Assembly: GCA_020137815.1 (NCBI GenBank)
Contig: CM035359.1
Span: forward strand, 124,001-188,000
Source: Hormiphora californensis
Taxonomy: Eukaryota > Animalia > Ctenophora
Direction of reading: 5' to 3'
DNA: 64,000 bases
The translations under genes and the position numbers were made by a program. Positions 13,633 through 26,765 of the stretch are shown in pieces. Position 1 is the stretch's first letter. Each line of letters starts with the position of its first letter. The notes beneath the pieces are model-generated. The model was not told where the DNA came from. It saw only the letters and a list, made by a program, of their open reading frames with translations, and did no database searches.

Positions 13633-15704
13633 ATACCGAAAGACATCGGCGCCCATGATAGTTGTGCACTTCAAGTCGGAAGTTCACTTACAGTGCGGCT
13701 ACTTCAGGGCTACATCACACTTAAAAGTAGACTTTGGGGTAGGGGAAGCGAGGGATAGAGGAGAGTTATCTATATAGCGGATGAGAGAGAGCTTGTATGG
13801 TCGAGCGGCTCACTCTCTTTCTCGACTCTACTCTCTCTATCTCTCTCTCTACTCGCCTCGCTCTCTCTCTCGCTCTCTCTCTCTCTTTTCTCACTCTCTC
13901 TCTCTTCTTCTCTTGTCTCTAGCTCTCTCTCTCGACTCTCTCTCTCTCTCTCGCTCTCTCTCTCGCTCCTCTCTCTCCTCTCTCCCTCTCTCCTTCCCTC
14001 TCTCTCACCTCTCCCTAGAACAAGATGAAAACAATAATGGCACTACCGAGGAGTGGGCAGAATTCAATGAACCCTCAAAATTGATCTTGGTAAAGAAGTT
14101 CACATTAAAATATAACTTCTGACAGACCTCTATTCCCATACTACCAATTAGTTTAGTCCCAGTTTAGTGTCATTGAGCTAGATTGATATTAACTTGAGTT
14201 ATATTGAAAGATGCGACCCTTAGTTGAACTAATATTTAACTAATATATTTAACGTCTTCTGCAGAACTCTGCATTATATAAGACGTTAAATATCGAGGGA
14301 ACCGCAGTTCCCCCGATATTTAACCACTCAAACATGGTCCTTAGGAAATGAAAGATAACCTGCCACAATTTAATATATAGTCACGATTTGAATTTTGATA
14401 TGTCTCACACCCCCACCATAACAGACAACCCATATATTTTAACTATCACCCACGTCACTGGCTGGATGAATTATCTAAGATGGTTTATCTTACATCTTAC
14501 CCATCGAAAAAGCGAACTGAAGATTAAAATCTAAACTTTGGTCCTTCACAACAAACTGACAACATCAATTCAAACTTACAGAGTCGGTTTTCTTGGGTGT
14601 TATGGGTGGACTAACGATCCCGGGAACTGATAGAAGCGTCTCAGAGCTAAGAGGATACGCTCCTCCTCTTCATTTCATTCTCAACTGTAAACATGGTATA
14701 CAGTGAGATATATTATATTGATATATTGTAGAGTGTAGACATGGTAGACAGCCGGGGGATAATGTGAGCTCGTGAGATAGATTATACAGTGAAAAATCGC
14801 TCTTTTCCCTCTTTCCCCTCGTTTCTTTTGTTAATTTATAAACAAAAGAAATTTATATCATAGCTCTCCACAATATTAGGACAGAGCAAGATCTCTCGCA
14901 AGATTTCTTTCAGTTATTCTGTGGAAACGGGATGGGTATTATAGACGGGTATAGTATATCTGGCATGTATGATTTCATTCATCTTATAGTCAGGGTGTGT
15001 GGCATTTGTTGTAGATGTGAAGCCCTAACCAACAATCATGTCCAACTTTCTTTCTCTCACTCCAAAGATGAAGATATCTCTCTCTCTCTATCTCTGTCTT
15101 TTGAATACTAGGCTGAGGTTTTCCAAAACGGAAGCCCCCTTCGACTGAAATTTATAAAAGGAGTAACACTTCCAGTCTGAACCGGTTCAGACTGGGATTG
15201 TAACAGTCAAACCCTATCCCTCGAGTTCTATAGTCTATACTCAGTGATATAGCTGTCTATTGTGAGATGTGATGATAATATCGGTAACGCTTCTGTGCGG
15301 TAGACTTATTGACTATCGTCTATAACAGAGGAATATATCATAATCTTGGTCAAGTACAATGAACGTAAAACGACCACACCTAATCCATGTACATGAATGA
15401 CGGAGACAACAGTTATATATCATGATATTTTCTATGTCGCCAGCCATGAGATGACGGTCCCCTGTCTGTCTACCATACATCTTCCAATGTCTGTCTGTCT
15501 GCCATATATATCTTCCAACGTCTGTCTGTTGAGTGTCGGTCAGCATGTTGAATGTATGTCTGTCCGTTGAATGTCAGTCTGTCAGTATGCTCCTAAGACC
15601 TAAACAAAAGAACACAACAGGTAATCATGACTTTTTCGGAGCTCTTTTGGGGCGAAGGGGATACATGTCGAGATATCACTGACCAGATGAGTAAATTAAA
15701 GACC
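13633..15704 (+). CDS. Possible exons of an unidentified plus-strand gene
   Basis: AG/GT-bounded open segments: ~13633-13738 (YRKTSAPMIVVHFKSESSLTVRLLQGYITLKSRLW) joins in phase to ~14019-14089 (EQDENNNGTTEEWAEFNEPSKLIL), and ~15621-15704 (VIMTFSELFWGEGDTCRDITDQMSKLKT) is compatible. No family recognised; sequence quality is poor. Confidence 0.3.
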
Positions 15705-15721
15705 AGTAAATATGACTCGAG

Positions 15722-17299
15722 TAAAAAAATTTCTCCCCCAAAAAAAAAAAAAAAAGGGGTTCCCAAAGGGGGGTTTTTTAATTTTTTAAAAGGGGGGGTT
15801 TTTTTTTTTGGGGGGAAAATTTTTTTTTTTCCCCTTTTTTAACTTTTTTCCCCCCCCAAAAAAAAAAATTTTTCTCTTTTTTTGAAAAATTTTTTTTTTT
15901 TTGGGGGGCCCCCCCAAAAAAAAAAAGGGAAACCCCCCTTTTTTTTTTTTTTAAAAAAACCCCCAAAACCCCCCCGGGGGGAAAAAACCCAAATTTTTCC
16001 CCTTTTTTTGGTTTGGTTTTTTTAAAGGGTTTTTTAAAAAAAAACCCTTTTTTTTTAAAAAAAAAAACTTTTCCCCAAAAAAAAAAAAAAAAGCCCCCCC
16101 CCAAAAAGTACAAAAGGGGGGAAAAAAGTTAAAATCATTTTTTTTTTCCCCGGGGGCCCCTTGGTTTTCCTGGGTTTTTTTTCCAAAATTTTCCTTCCCC
16201 TTTTTTTTTCCGGGGGGGTTTTTTTTTGTCTTTTCTTTTTTAAAAATTTTCCTTTTCCCAAAAACCAAAAAAAAAAAACCCCTTTTTGGGAAATTTGGGG
16301 GGGGGCCCCAAAAAAAAAAAAAAAAAAAATTTTTTTTTTTTTAAAAAAAAAAAAAAAAACCCCCGGGGGGGTTTTTTAAAAAAAAAACCCCCAAAAAGAA
16401 ACCCCCCAAAAGGGGGGAAAAACTTTTCCCCCCTTTTTTAAAAAAACGGGGGTTTTTTTTTTTTTTTTTTTCCCCGGGGGAAAATTTTTTTGGGGGGGGG
16501 GAAAAGGGGGGTTTTGGGGGGGGGGAAAAAAGGGGGGTTTTTTTTTTTTTGGGGGGAAAAAAAAGGGGGGGGAAAAAAGGGGTCAGTGATGTTGGGGGGG
16601 GGAAAACCCGGGGGGAAAAAAGGGGGGGGGTTTTTGGGGGGAAAAAAGGGGGGGGGGGGGGGGGTTTTTTTTGGGGGGGAAAAACCCGGGGGAAAAAAGG
16701 GGGGGTTTGGTTGGGCCCCAAAAAAAGGGGGGGGGGGGGGGGAAACCCCCGGGGGGAAGGGGGGGGGGAAAGGGGGGGGTTTTTTTTTTGGGGGGAAAAA
16801 AAAAAATTTTTTTTTGGGGGAAAAAAAGGGGAAAAAGGGGAAAAAAAAAAAGGGGGGAAGGGGAAAAAAGGGGGGGGGGGGGAAAAGGGGGGAAAAAAAA
16901 GGGGGTTTTTGGGGGGGGGGGAAAAAAAAGGGGGAGAAGGGGGGGGGGGGGAAGGGGAAAAGGGGGGGGGGGGGGGGGGGGGAAAAGGGGGGGGGGGGAA
17001 AGGGGTTTGGGGGGGGGAAAAAAAAAGGGGGAAAAATTTAAAAAGGGAAAAAAGGGGGGGGGGGGGGAAAATTTTGGGGGGGGAAATGGGGGAAAAAAAG
17101 GGGGGGGTTTTTTTTTGGGGGGGGGGGGGGGAAAGGGGGGGGGGGGGGGTTAAAAAAAAAAGGGTTTTTTTTTTTTTTTTCCCCCCCCCCCTTTTTTTTT
17201 TTTTCCCCCCCCTAAACCCGGGGCCCCCCCCCTTTTTTTTCCCCCCGGGGGGGGGTTTTAAAAAACCCGGGAAAAAAAAAAAAGGGGGGGGGGGGAAAA

Positions 17300-17330
<31 letters not shown>

Positions 17331-17633
17331 TATTTGGGGGAAAAAAAATTTTTGGGGGGGGGGGGGGGTTTTTTTTTTTTTTTTTTTTGGGGGGGGGGGG
17401 GGCCCCAAAAAAAAAGGGGGGGGGGGTTAAAAACCCCCCCCCTTTAAAAAAACCCCCCCTTTTTTTTTTCCCCAAAATGAAAAAAAAAGGGTTTTTTTTA
17501 AAAAAAAAAAAAAAAAAAATTTTTAAAAAAAACCCCCCCGGGGGGGAAAAAACCCGGGGGGGTTAAAAAACCCCCCCGGGGGGGGAAAAAAAAGGGGGGG
17601 GGGGAAAAAAGGGGGGGGGTAAAAAAAAAACCC

Positions 17634-17706
<73 letters not shown>

Positions 17707-18060
17707 TTTTTTTAAAAAAAAAGGGGGGGGGGAAAAAACCCCCCCCGGGGGCCCCTTTTTCCCCCGGGGGGGGGAAAAAAAAAAAAAACCCCCCAAAAAA
17801 AACCCCAAAAGGGGAAAAAAAATTTTTTTTTTTTTTTAAAAAAAAAAAAAGGGTAAAAAATTTTTGGGAAAAACTTTTTTTAAAAAAAACCCCCCCCCAA
17901 AAAAAATTTACCCCCCTTTTTTTTTGGGGGTTTGGGGTATTAAGGGGGAAAAAAAAAATTTTTAAACCTTTTTTTTAAAAAGGGTTTTTTTTTTAAAAAA
18001 AAGGGTTTTTGGGGGGGAAGGGGGCCCCCTTTTTTTTTCCCCCCTTTCCTTAAAAAAATA
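15722..18060. other. Homopolymer-run region, probable sequencing/basecalling artefact
   Basis: Almost entirely A/G/T/C runs with no periodicity; ORFs are only K/G/F/P. Confidence 0.85.
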
Positions 18061-18465
18061 TTGCAATATGACGTGAAAAACACACATGTGTGCAATATAC
18101 TTTGAAATAAAGATGTTTTTTGGGTTATGATGGGAAACAAACGAATTGTCGTACGCTCTAGAGAGTTAAAACTTTTATCACACTCTACTTGCCCTCTCAG
18201 AATATAATGGTACTCTCGCGACTTCTCTAGATGACAAGATAAGAGGATGTGAATTTTTTAAAAGCATGAGTTTCTTCTCTCATTACACATGATGATGTAA
18301 TGACATCATGTCCCCTCTCAGGGAGCCCCAGGTAGCACCCTGGTATGATAACTGAAGTGATATGGAGGTCGTGAGGGTATCATTGGGTGAGTTGTGGGGA
18401 GGTGGTAAAGGGGGCGGTAACACAACTCCCATTCTCTCTCCCTCTTTCTCTCTCTTTCTCTCTCC

Positions 18466-18524
<59 letters not shown>

Positions 18525-18642
18525 TCACTCTCCCTCTTTCTCTCTCCCCACACATCAACCAAATAAACTCCATTACACACGGTCACGGATGTACAGCTAC
18601 AGACGACGCAGTGACAGACTGGTATTAGGGGAGAGATAGATA

Positions 18643-18687
<45 letters not shown>

Positions 18688-18745
18688 TCAGAGAGAGGTA
18701 ATGTAGTAGGAAGACCATAGTCTGTTAGGACAGTCCCCCCCATCA

Positions 18746-20519
18746 TCACACAAATGTATACACAAGGGGGGTGGGGGATGTTATATTTGGGCCTAGGGGA
18801 GAGCAGCTGTAGACTGTATACAATGATAGTAGATAGGTATTATTGGATGCACGCCCAGGAGAGTTGTTATAGGAACAATAGCATTGTGGAGCCCTCTTGA
18901 AAATAAACCCTTTACCTGGAAAAAACTTTACCAGGAAAACCATCACTTTGAAAAACTATTAAAAAAAACCCTATAAAACACCTAAAAAATCAACTGACAC
19001 AAATATCTAAAAAATACTAAAGGGTCATTCTCATAAAATTGACACTTCGAGATGAGAGATTTTGGTCCTGCCTTTAGAGCATCTTAACATTGGTCAACTT
19101 TGGTAATTTTGGTACCAGAATGTAGAAAAATGTCTAAATTAACGAAAAATGAACAGTATGGTACAATTATGTATCATAGAAATGAATAATGACGCATAAT
19201 ATGCTAAAAATGACCGATTTTCGGCGTGGACGTAATGACCATGACGACCGTGACGCTCATAAAATCGCTCATAAAATCAGTTATGGTTGTCGTACGACGT
19301 AAAAATGGGTATCCAGCGGTAGCTCTCAAAGAGATCTGTCTGATTGGGAAATATGAAAGCATACTTGTAACTAATTTGGATTTAAATTGCTTTTATAGTG
19401 AAAAATGTAATGATTGTAACGACCGTGACATTCGACCGTAACGTAACGGTCGTTAAAAATGTAACGACCATCACGTAACGGTCGTTAAATTTGTAACGTC
19501 CGTAACGTTATGGTCGCTACGAAAGTAACGACCATGACGTTATGGACGTTACAAAATTCAAGATGTAATGACCGTGACAGACCTTATAAGGTCATGAATT
19601 TGACTCCGCCACAAAGTTATTTGCACGGACATTACACCTGTAACGTCCGTAACGTTATGGACGTTACGGAATAACGACCATCACGTAACGGTCGTTAAAT
19701 TTGTAACGACCATAGACGTTATGGTCGTTACGACCACTTTACATGCAATTGTAATTAAATTGCATTGTAACGTCCATCACGTAACGGTCGTTGCGTAACG
19801 TACGCGGCTTTAATTACTCATAATTATTTAATTATGCAATAATTATGAAGTCCACGTATACAGAAATACTAAGTCCATTACGTGCTTTCAGATGATATAA
19901 GTTTTATCGAAATCGGACAAGTTTGAAATTTTGGTGTCAATTTCATGAGAATGACCCTAAAGCTGTGATTTAAAAATCGATGATACATACCTTGGGCTGA
20001 GGCTTAGGGCATTGACATTGCTATCAGCAGCTTGGAGGCTAGCAATCACATTCCGAAGCACATCTTTTTCAATGGAGCTTGTCTTGGGTGGCGGGTAGGG
20101 GGCACTCCTGGAAGAGAGATAGTACGGTGTAATGTATTTTAGGAGATATGGATTACATTTCATTTATAATCTGGGGATTTTAAAGTCGGAATATTTCGAA
20201 ATTCTCCAAAGAAATACTACAACATGAGGGAACATTTTTCATGAGGATTTGGATTTAGGAGCTCAATACTGCAAGTTGAGATGGTACGGGGGGATGGTTA
20301 AGTGCAGGGTGTGGAGGTTAATATAAAATGAAGGGACTAAAGCAGGGATTGAGTAGTTGGTATTGGGGCGTGTCTCGACAGTCGACCCACGTAACAGGGC
20401 AACTGAGATTGGAGGAGGAGGAGAGAGAGAGAGAGATGAGAGAGGAGAGGGGGAGAGATATAGATGGATAGTAAGAGAGAGAGAGATAGATAGATAGAAT
20501 GAGAGATAGATAGATAGTA

Positions 20520-20563
<44 letters not shown>

Positions 20564-21001
20564 GGGTGTGGGGGAGAGAGATGACATAGGATGGTGAAGA
20601 CTGAAGGGCGAGTAATATAATGAGAGAGGGGTAATATGACAGGTGTCTTGAGGGAAGCGTGATGGAGGGAAGCTGATAATAAAAGCAGAGAAAGATATGG
20701 GGTGAGAAATTAATGGGGTAGCTGATGCTTGAGAGGGTGGGTGTAATTAGCACTTTTAGTTTATCTTGCGGTACATCAATCTTTGGTTTTCAGCTGCCAA
20801 AACAAGTCGTGTTTCATATATTCTGATTTCCTCTGATCAACTAATGAAGTAATTGACTGGGAATCGCTCGTATTATATGTGTGTGTGAGAGAGAGAAAAC
20901 ATACTGCTAAGTATATGTTATGTTCTACCGAATATAATACCGATATGAGAATGATGAATGGTGTTAAACCGAAAGCGTTAATCTGAAAGTTGGAGAATGA
21001 A

Positions 21002-21080
<79 letters not shown>

Positions 21081-21540
21081 TAGATAGAGAGAGAGGCACA
21101 CCACACAGATATATATGACTAGCACACCCATGGGTACGCCTCAAGCAAGGGCTGTTCACAAACCCACCCGGCTCCGCCGGGTGGCGCTCTTTAATCACTG
21201 AAATTTGGTTGCCATGGCAACTGAAACAGGAACTATGGGAACTGAACCCAGACTAAATTGTTAAAATGTGTTCTAAAATAATAACAAACTCCCAAAAGTG
21301 TGAATAACAGCTTTACAGCTTTGGGCACATAAAGTGTTTTATGAAGGAGCACTGTCGCTTAGATACCGCTTAACGAACGGCCATCACTTCGACGTCGTTC
21401 ATCTCCAAATTATAATATAGATTGACCAATGAAATGGGAAATAAGGTTGATATGACTGATGAGGCGGGATCGGATGTAGGAATGAGCACTGCTATGTCAG
21501 GAAACGAGGGAAGGATAGCGAGAGAAAGAGAGAGATAGAA

Positions 21541-21590
<50 letters not shown>

Positions 21591-22504
21591 AGAGAGAGAG
21601 AGAGACACACATAGAGAGAAATGAAGGAACGCGTCAACGCCCTGTCCTTTGTAAGCACACATGCGAGGACACGTGTATTGGACAATAGACCGGCGCTCAC
21701 TCACTCACACACACACACAAACCACAAAGCATTCCTTCTATTATTTAATGGTAGAGTGCACGATATAAACAAAAACAAGAGAAGTAAAGAATAGGAACAG
21801 ACAAAAATAGGGGCCCGACTTATGTGAAGTATACGTGTATATATTCACGCCAGGTGTCCATACCTCTCGGCACGTTTAGAGGCCGCCGATCCAGGTTGAA
21901 TGGGAATGGGACTGACGACCCCTGCAGGCAGGTTGAAGAAACTGGTAGGTGGGAACTGGAAGGTGTCCGAGAGTGAGGGAAAGGCAGGGGCGGAAGCGGG
22001 GGCGTGGGGCGACAACCCAGGCGTAGAAACATCCATTTTGGAGAGTGGGCTGTGTAGAGCTGGGGGAACGGAAATTAAAATACTGCTACAAAACACACAT
22101 GAGACGATTAGTAAACATAAAGTCATTATTTTCAGAGATCGCACTGCTAATTTGCCGGAAATACCTAGTGTGGGACTGATGGGCGATGAGAGGTAGTCAA
22201 AAGAACCTTCGGATAAGTATGTGGGTATAGGTCGGATAGGTTTTACCCTTTTCACGTCACGCCTCTCCAACAGGGATAGTTTAGGGGCCGCCATGGCAGC
22301 TCTGAAATAATTTATTTGTCATAAAGGGCAGGGGAGAAATACAACTCGATACAACAAGTAAAATAACACAGCAAGTGAAAATCAAACAGGTGTCTTACTT
22401 TGAAGTGGGAAGATGGATAGCGTGAGGTTTTATCGGCTCCGGTGATGTCTTTTCCGAGGTTGAAGGAATTATCTCCATTGGTTCCACTTTCACCATCTTA
22501 CAGC
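18746..22504 (-). CDS. Spliced gene for a Ser/Pro-rich protein with SUMO (VKVE), D-site-like and FQFP motifs. Exons 22504-22399, 22301-22165, 22059-21864, 20107-19991, 18806-18746; ~202 aa if it starts at ATG 22496; 5' end uncertain
   Basis: Four consecutive GT-AG junctions are phase-compatible: MVKVEPMEIIP...K/AAMAAPKLSLLERRDVKRVKPIRPIP...SPISPTL/ALHSPLSK...TPGLSP...FQFPP...AE/RSAPYPPPK...LSLSP/SCSPLGPNITSPTPLVYTFV*. The last exon is least certain. Confidence 0.7.
19022..19957. mobile_element. Non-autonomous DNA transposon, 24-bp TIRs, TAAA TSD (Kolobok-like termini), intronic
   Basis: taaa|gggtcattctcataaaattgacac ... gtgtcaatttcatgagaatgaccc|taaa; internal degenerate palindromic repeats at 19415-19800. 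Confidence 0.85.
21208..21221. promoter_or_regulatory. Perfect RFX X-box palindrome GTTGCCATGGCAAC
   Basis: Exact 14-bp match to the X-box consensus; intronic; function untested. Confidence 0.4.
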
Positions 22505-23023
22505 CTAAAACAGCTGGCTAACATGGACAGTTGTTGTGAGTGGATTAAAATTGAAAGTTGAAACTTTTAATGTTCAGCATCACCAAAATCCAAATAAACA
22601 TTTATACGCGAATTGATACATCAACAACATATAAAAGGATGTAGGCCGTAGCAGACTAAATTTCGTTATTCTACCCTACAATTCAACTGTTCAAACCGCT
22701 GGTCGGCCATAGGAGCCGATAGCGTCGGAGGTTGGCCGGTGGCGGGTGACCACAGCAGCAAAATAGTTCCCAATATACACAAGGTAAGATCAATTTAAAT
22801 AGAGCACATGATAAGCAGATTTATTAATTTCATGAAGCAAAACTCACGAGGACGCTGAAAGCCCGCTGCCCGGGTGGGAACCTTTTGACTTTTTCATATA
22901 ATATCCAAAGCAAATTATCATGCGCGGCGCGGTTGGACCGAAGCGCGCAACTGCCTTTTGGCAGCGTAAAAGCGTTAAGTTCGCCGGCTCTCAACGAGTT
23001 TTGCAGGTGACAGCTTCAAAAAC

Positions 23024-23343
23024 ATGAGACGAGTACAGATTGTAGAGGGCGGGACCTTCTCTCCACTGGTGTTTACAACAACAGGTGGTGTTGGCCCAGA
23101 AATGGACAGGGCGATGAAGAAGACAGCCAGACACATCGAGGACAAGCACGGAGAGATGTACAGCGAGGCGTTGGCAGCTATCAGAAGGAGGCTGAGATTC
23201 TGCTTACTAATCGCAACCTTGAGATCTCTGAGGGGGTGTCGAACAAAATACACCCCAGTAGGACTTGGTAGCATTGACTTCAATATCTGATTCGTGTGTA
23301 AGATTTATTGTTTATTCGAGTGAGTGATTTTAATATTTATTAC
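23024..23343 (+). mobile_element. 3' fragment of a CRE-like non-LTR retrotransposon (C-terminus of restriction-like endonuclease region plus 3' UTR)
   Basis: ORF 23024-23290 RVQIVEGGTFSPLVFTTTGGVG...RRRLRFCLLIATLRSLRG fits the C-terminal motif of CRE-clade elements as I recall it; no RT upstream. Confidence 0.7.
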
Positions 23344-23493
23344 TAACCCCAACACCGGGGGCAAATGATCGATTGATCGAACCCAATGTGAATGAGACTC
23401 ATCGCGATTAACTCTTCATACGGTTACCCCCTTTCTCTCTTCGGCAGCTTCTCTTCGGCTGTTGGAAAGTGATGCCAATCGGTGTTGGGGTTA
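23344..23493. mobile_element. 150-bp MITE-like element, 14-bp inverted ends
   Basis: taaccccaacaccg ... cggtgttggggtta, wedged between the 3' ends of two converging LINEs. Confidence 0.6.
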
Positions 23494-23620
23494 AATTCAA
23501 ATTCAAATTCAAATTCATAAATTTGCGTAACACACAGGATATTTAAAAAGATAAACCTCCTAAAAAGAGTCAATACTCAGTACACTTACAGCACAGCGAC
23601 ACATAACACACTAACACGCA

Positions 23621-26600
23621 TCATGGACACCACTCTAGTATTGAGTTGCTGTTTGCTTGAGCAGGATAACCGCTGATGGGGGGTGTATCCGGAATGGTAG
23701 AGAGGAAACTACCTAGCTGAGATTTGAACTGATAAAGAGTTGGGGCCTCCTTTACAGATCGAGGCAAAGTGTTCCACAACCTTGCCCCCAGTACCGCAAA
23801 TGATTGTTCATATAGCGACAAGATAGATCGTTGAGCCTCGTACGAGTATCGAGGGACGACAGCTCTAGGGCCAGAGCGGTGACTGTCGACGAAACACATG
23901 TCAGTACTGTTGGGTATCTCATTGTTGTACACTTTCCACACAAGAATCATAGTGTACCTCTCTCGTCGGCGCTGAAGCGACAAAAGTCCCAGGGTTTGAA
24001 GACGTTGCCAGTAGTTCAGCCCCTTGAGACCAACGATCTTACGGGTGTAAGATCGTTGAATATCCTCAACACGACTGATATCCCCATTTTTGGAAGGTGA
24101 CCACAGTGTGCAACAGTAGTCAAGATGGGGACGCACCAGTGACTTGTAAAGAGTCATCATGGTGCGGCGAGTTCTGGATCTAAATGCACTTAACGTCCAT
24201 CCAGCAACCCGACTAGCCGTGGTAACAACTCGAGATATTTGGGCCGACCATTGACCATCACTCGAGAGTAGAACACCTAAGTCTCGGACAGTGTCTGTTG
24301 GATCGATGAACCTCCCATCAGACAGTTGATAGGAATAGTTCTCAGCACTGAACGGTACTTCTCTAAGCGAACTGGTGTGATTCAGGGTGAAATTCATGAC
24401 CTCGAACTTTGACTGGTGCAAGGACATATTGTTAGCGTCAGCCCAGGTTATCACACTGTTCAGATCCTCCTGTAGGTTCAATTTTTCAACCATAGTACGG
24501 ATAGCAGAGAAGATTTTAGTGTCATCAGCGAACGACAAAGAAGAACCGTGTTTGATTACGGATTCCAGGTCAATTACATAAATCAGAAATAAAAGTGGAC
24601 CGAGAACAGTCCCTTGTGGGACCCCACTTCTGACTTCTGCAAAAGAAGACGCTACGCCGTCGACTAAGACCGTTTGTTTCCGGTCTAGTAGGAAGCTGCG
24701 GATCCATTCAAGGAGTTTGCCCTTAACTCCATATCTCTGCAGCTTTTCGAGAAGTATACCGATGTCAACTTTATCAAACGCCTTCTCGAAGTCCAAGTAG
24801 ATTACATCCACTTCAAGAAGGTCGTTGAGATTGTTCAGAATATTGTCAATGTGACGAGTGAGTTGGGATAAGCAGCTCCTCTTGCTTCTAAACCCATGCT
24901 GAGACTCGTTAAACAAGTTCTCTGATTCAAAGTATGACACCATTTGAGATCTTACAACCCGTTCAAATGTCTTGGCAATGTGACTGGTGAGGGAGATCGG
25001 GCGGTAATTTTCAGCTTTCATTTTAGGACCCTTTTTGTAGAGGGGTGCAATGTACTGAAGTTTCAGACAGGGTGGTACAATGCCAGAATCAAACGATTTG
25101 GCCCATAAGATGGATAGGGGGTAGGACAGCGATGATCGGCAGTCACGTAAAATTCTGGCAGGTACATCTCCTGGAGGGCCGGCTGAATAGGGATTGAGGT
25201 CATGTAGTGCCTTTTCAATATCAGCGGTGGAGAAAACGATGTCTGAAAGGCTGCATGTAGAAGGAGTAATGTTGTCTGCAGCTGCTGAAGGGGAGTTTGA
25301 AGGAGTGCTGAAAGACAGAGGTAAATTGTGATTGAAATAGTTCTGCCTTCATCTCGGGAACGTCCGTAAGTGACCCATCACTTTTCTGTAAAGGAGGTAT
25401 ACGTGACCGGGTCTTCCTCTTTCGGTTGGCGTATGACCAGAAGAATTTTGGGTTAGCTTTGAGTTTTATCAACGCCTCGTTTTCATCAGAATCAAGTCGC
25501 TGAGAAATGTGACACAAGATGGCCCAAGTAATTCTGGAAACACCAACCTCTAGCTGTGGCAAAAGGTGAGGTTTATTCTGCCGGGCAAGAGTAATCCGTT
25601 TATTCAAACTCCGCTGTTTCACTTTCAATTTCCTGAGAATAGGGTCCCTTCTTTTTTTACGGGCCTTCTTCTTACGAGAGTGGTGAGATAAGACCTGTAG
25701 AACAGTCAGGGTGAAAAGTTGAACGAAATCAGAACCATCACCGTCATCGCAGATGTCGGCGAGTGCTATCCAGTCGATCTGGTCCAACTCCCTACACATT
25801 TCAGGGAAGTTAGCCTCGTGAAAGTTGTAAATATCAAAGTCTGTGAATCGATGGTCTGATTGACGAGTGGGTAAGATACCAAACCCAAGTGTAGAGCTGA
25901 TCATATTATGGTCAGAAATACACGACTCCGATACCTCAGTTTTGAAGACATAGTCTGGCCGGTTGGTGAGAACGAGGTCTAGAATATTCAAGCCCCGTGT
26001 TGGAGAGTCAACAAGCTGAGTGAGAAAATATGAGTTCACAAATTTTAGTAGCATCTGTGAGCTAGGTCCTCCAGTGAGTGTCCCCCAGTCTATGTCTGGC
26101 ATATTGAAGTCGCCCATGACATAGATGTCAGGACAACCCTTGTCGAGTTCGCACTGATCAATGAAACGGGATAGATCATCAAAAAGATCATTCGCAGGGG
26201 AAGATGGCGCCCTGTACACAACACAGAAAACCGAGTGAGTCTCCTTGATGTATACAGCAGCCGCACTATTGGACGTGTCTGAGAATCTGAACTCAGAGGA
26301 AGGGGTCAGTTGATTGTTAATGTAGAGTGCACAACCGCCACCTCTTCTACCCGCTCTGTCACAACGAGTTAGGTGAAAGCCTTCAATCTCCAATTGGGCA
26401 TCAGAGAAATCATCATGCCACCAGGTCTCCGTAATACCGGTGCAAAGGATGGGTATTGACGGATTCTCCAGTGAGTCCTTGATAAAAGAAAACTTCCACC
26501 GACAGTCACTAGCCGCGGAAGGCGTTAAACTGCGGGCGTTGATGAGGAGTAATTCCGAAACCGTTCCAGAACCCCTTGGTAGTTGGTCGGGGTGTTCAGG

Positions 26601-26765
26601 CCTGGTTGTGTGAGTGTCAGATGTTTGGGCCGGGGTGTGTGTTCCCTCGTCATCTCTTCCCTGAAGGACTGTAGAGATGAGTTCAGTGACGTCTTTACTT
26701 CTCGAAGAATCTCGTCCCTCACTGAGGCCATCAATGCCATGAGAAAATCCTCTTGTGAACGGATG
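23621..26765 (-). CDS. LINE ORF2: AP endonuclease + reverse transcriptase; one +1 frameshift at ~25312
   Basis: Motifs LINARSL, ITETW, VYRAP, GDFN, LDLV, SDHN, NYRPISLTS, LDFEKAFD, GVPQGTVLGP, FADD. Removing one base near 25312 joins ORFs 25221-26393 and 23621-25021 (TSVF-STPSNSP...PLYKKGPKMKAENYRP). Confidence 0.93.

Noticed and set aside
15722-18060. Long G/K/P/F-rich ORFs (up to 355 aa)
   Set aside because: They come from homopolymer noise, which lacks stop codons; probable sequencing artefact.
23024-23290. Link between the CRE-like fragment and the SL sequence (CRE elements target SL genes in trypanosomatids)
   Set aside because: The SL is 4.7 kb away at the far end of a different element; no SL sequence flanks the fragment.
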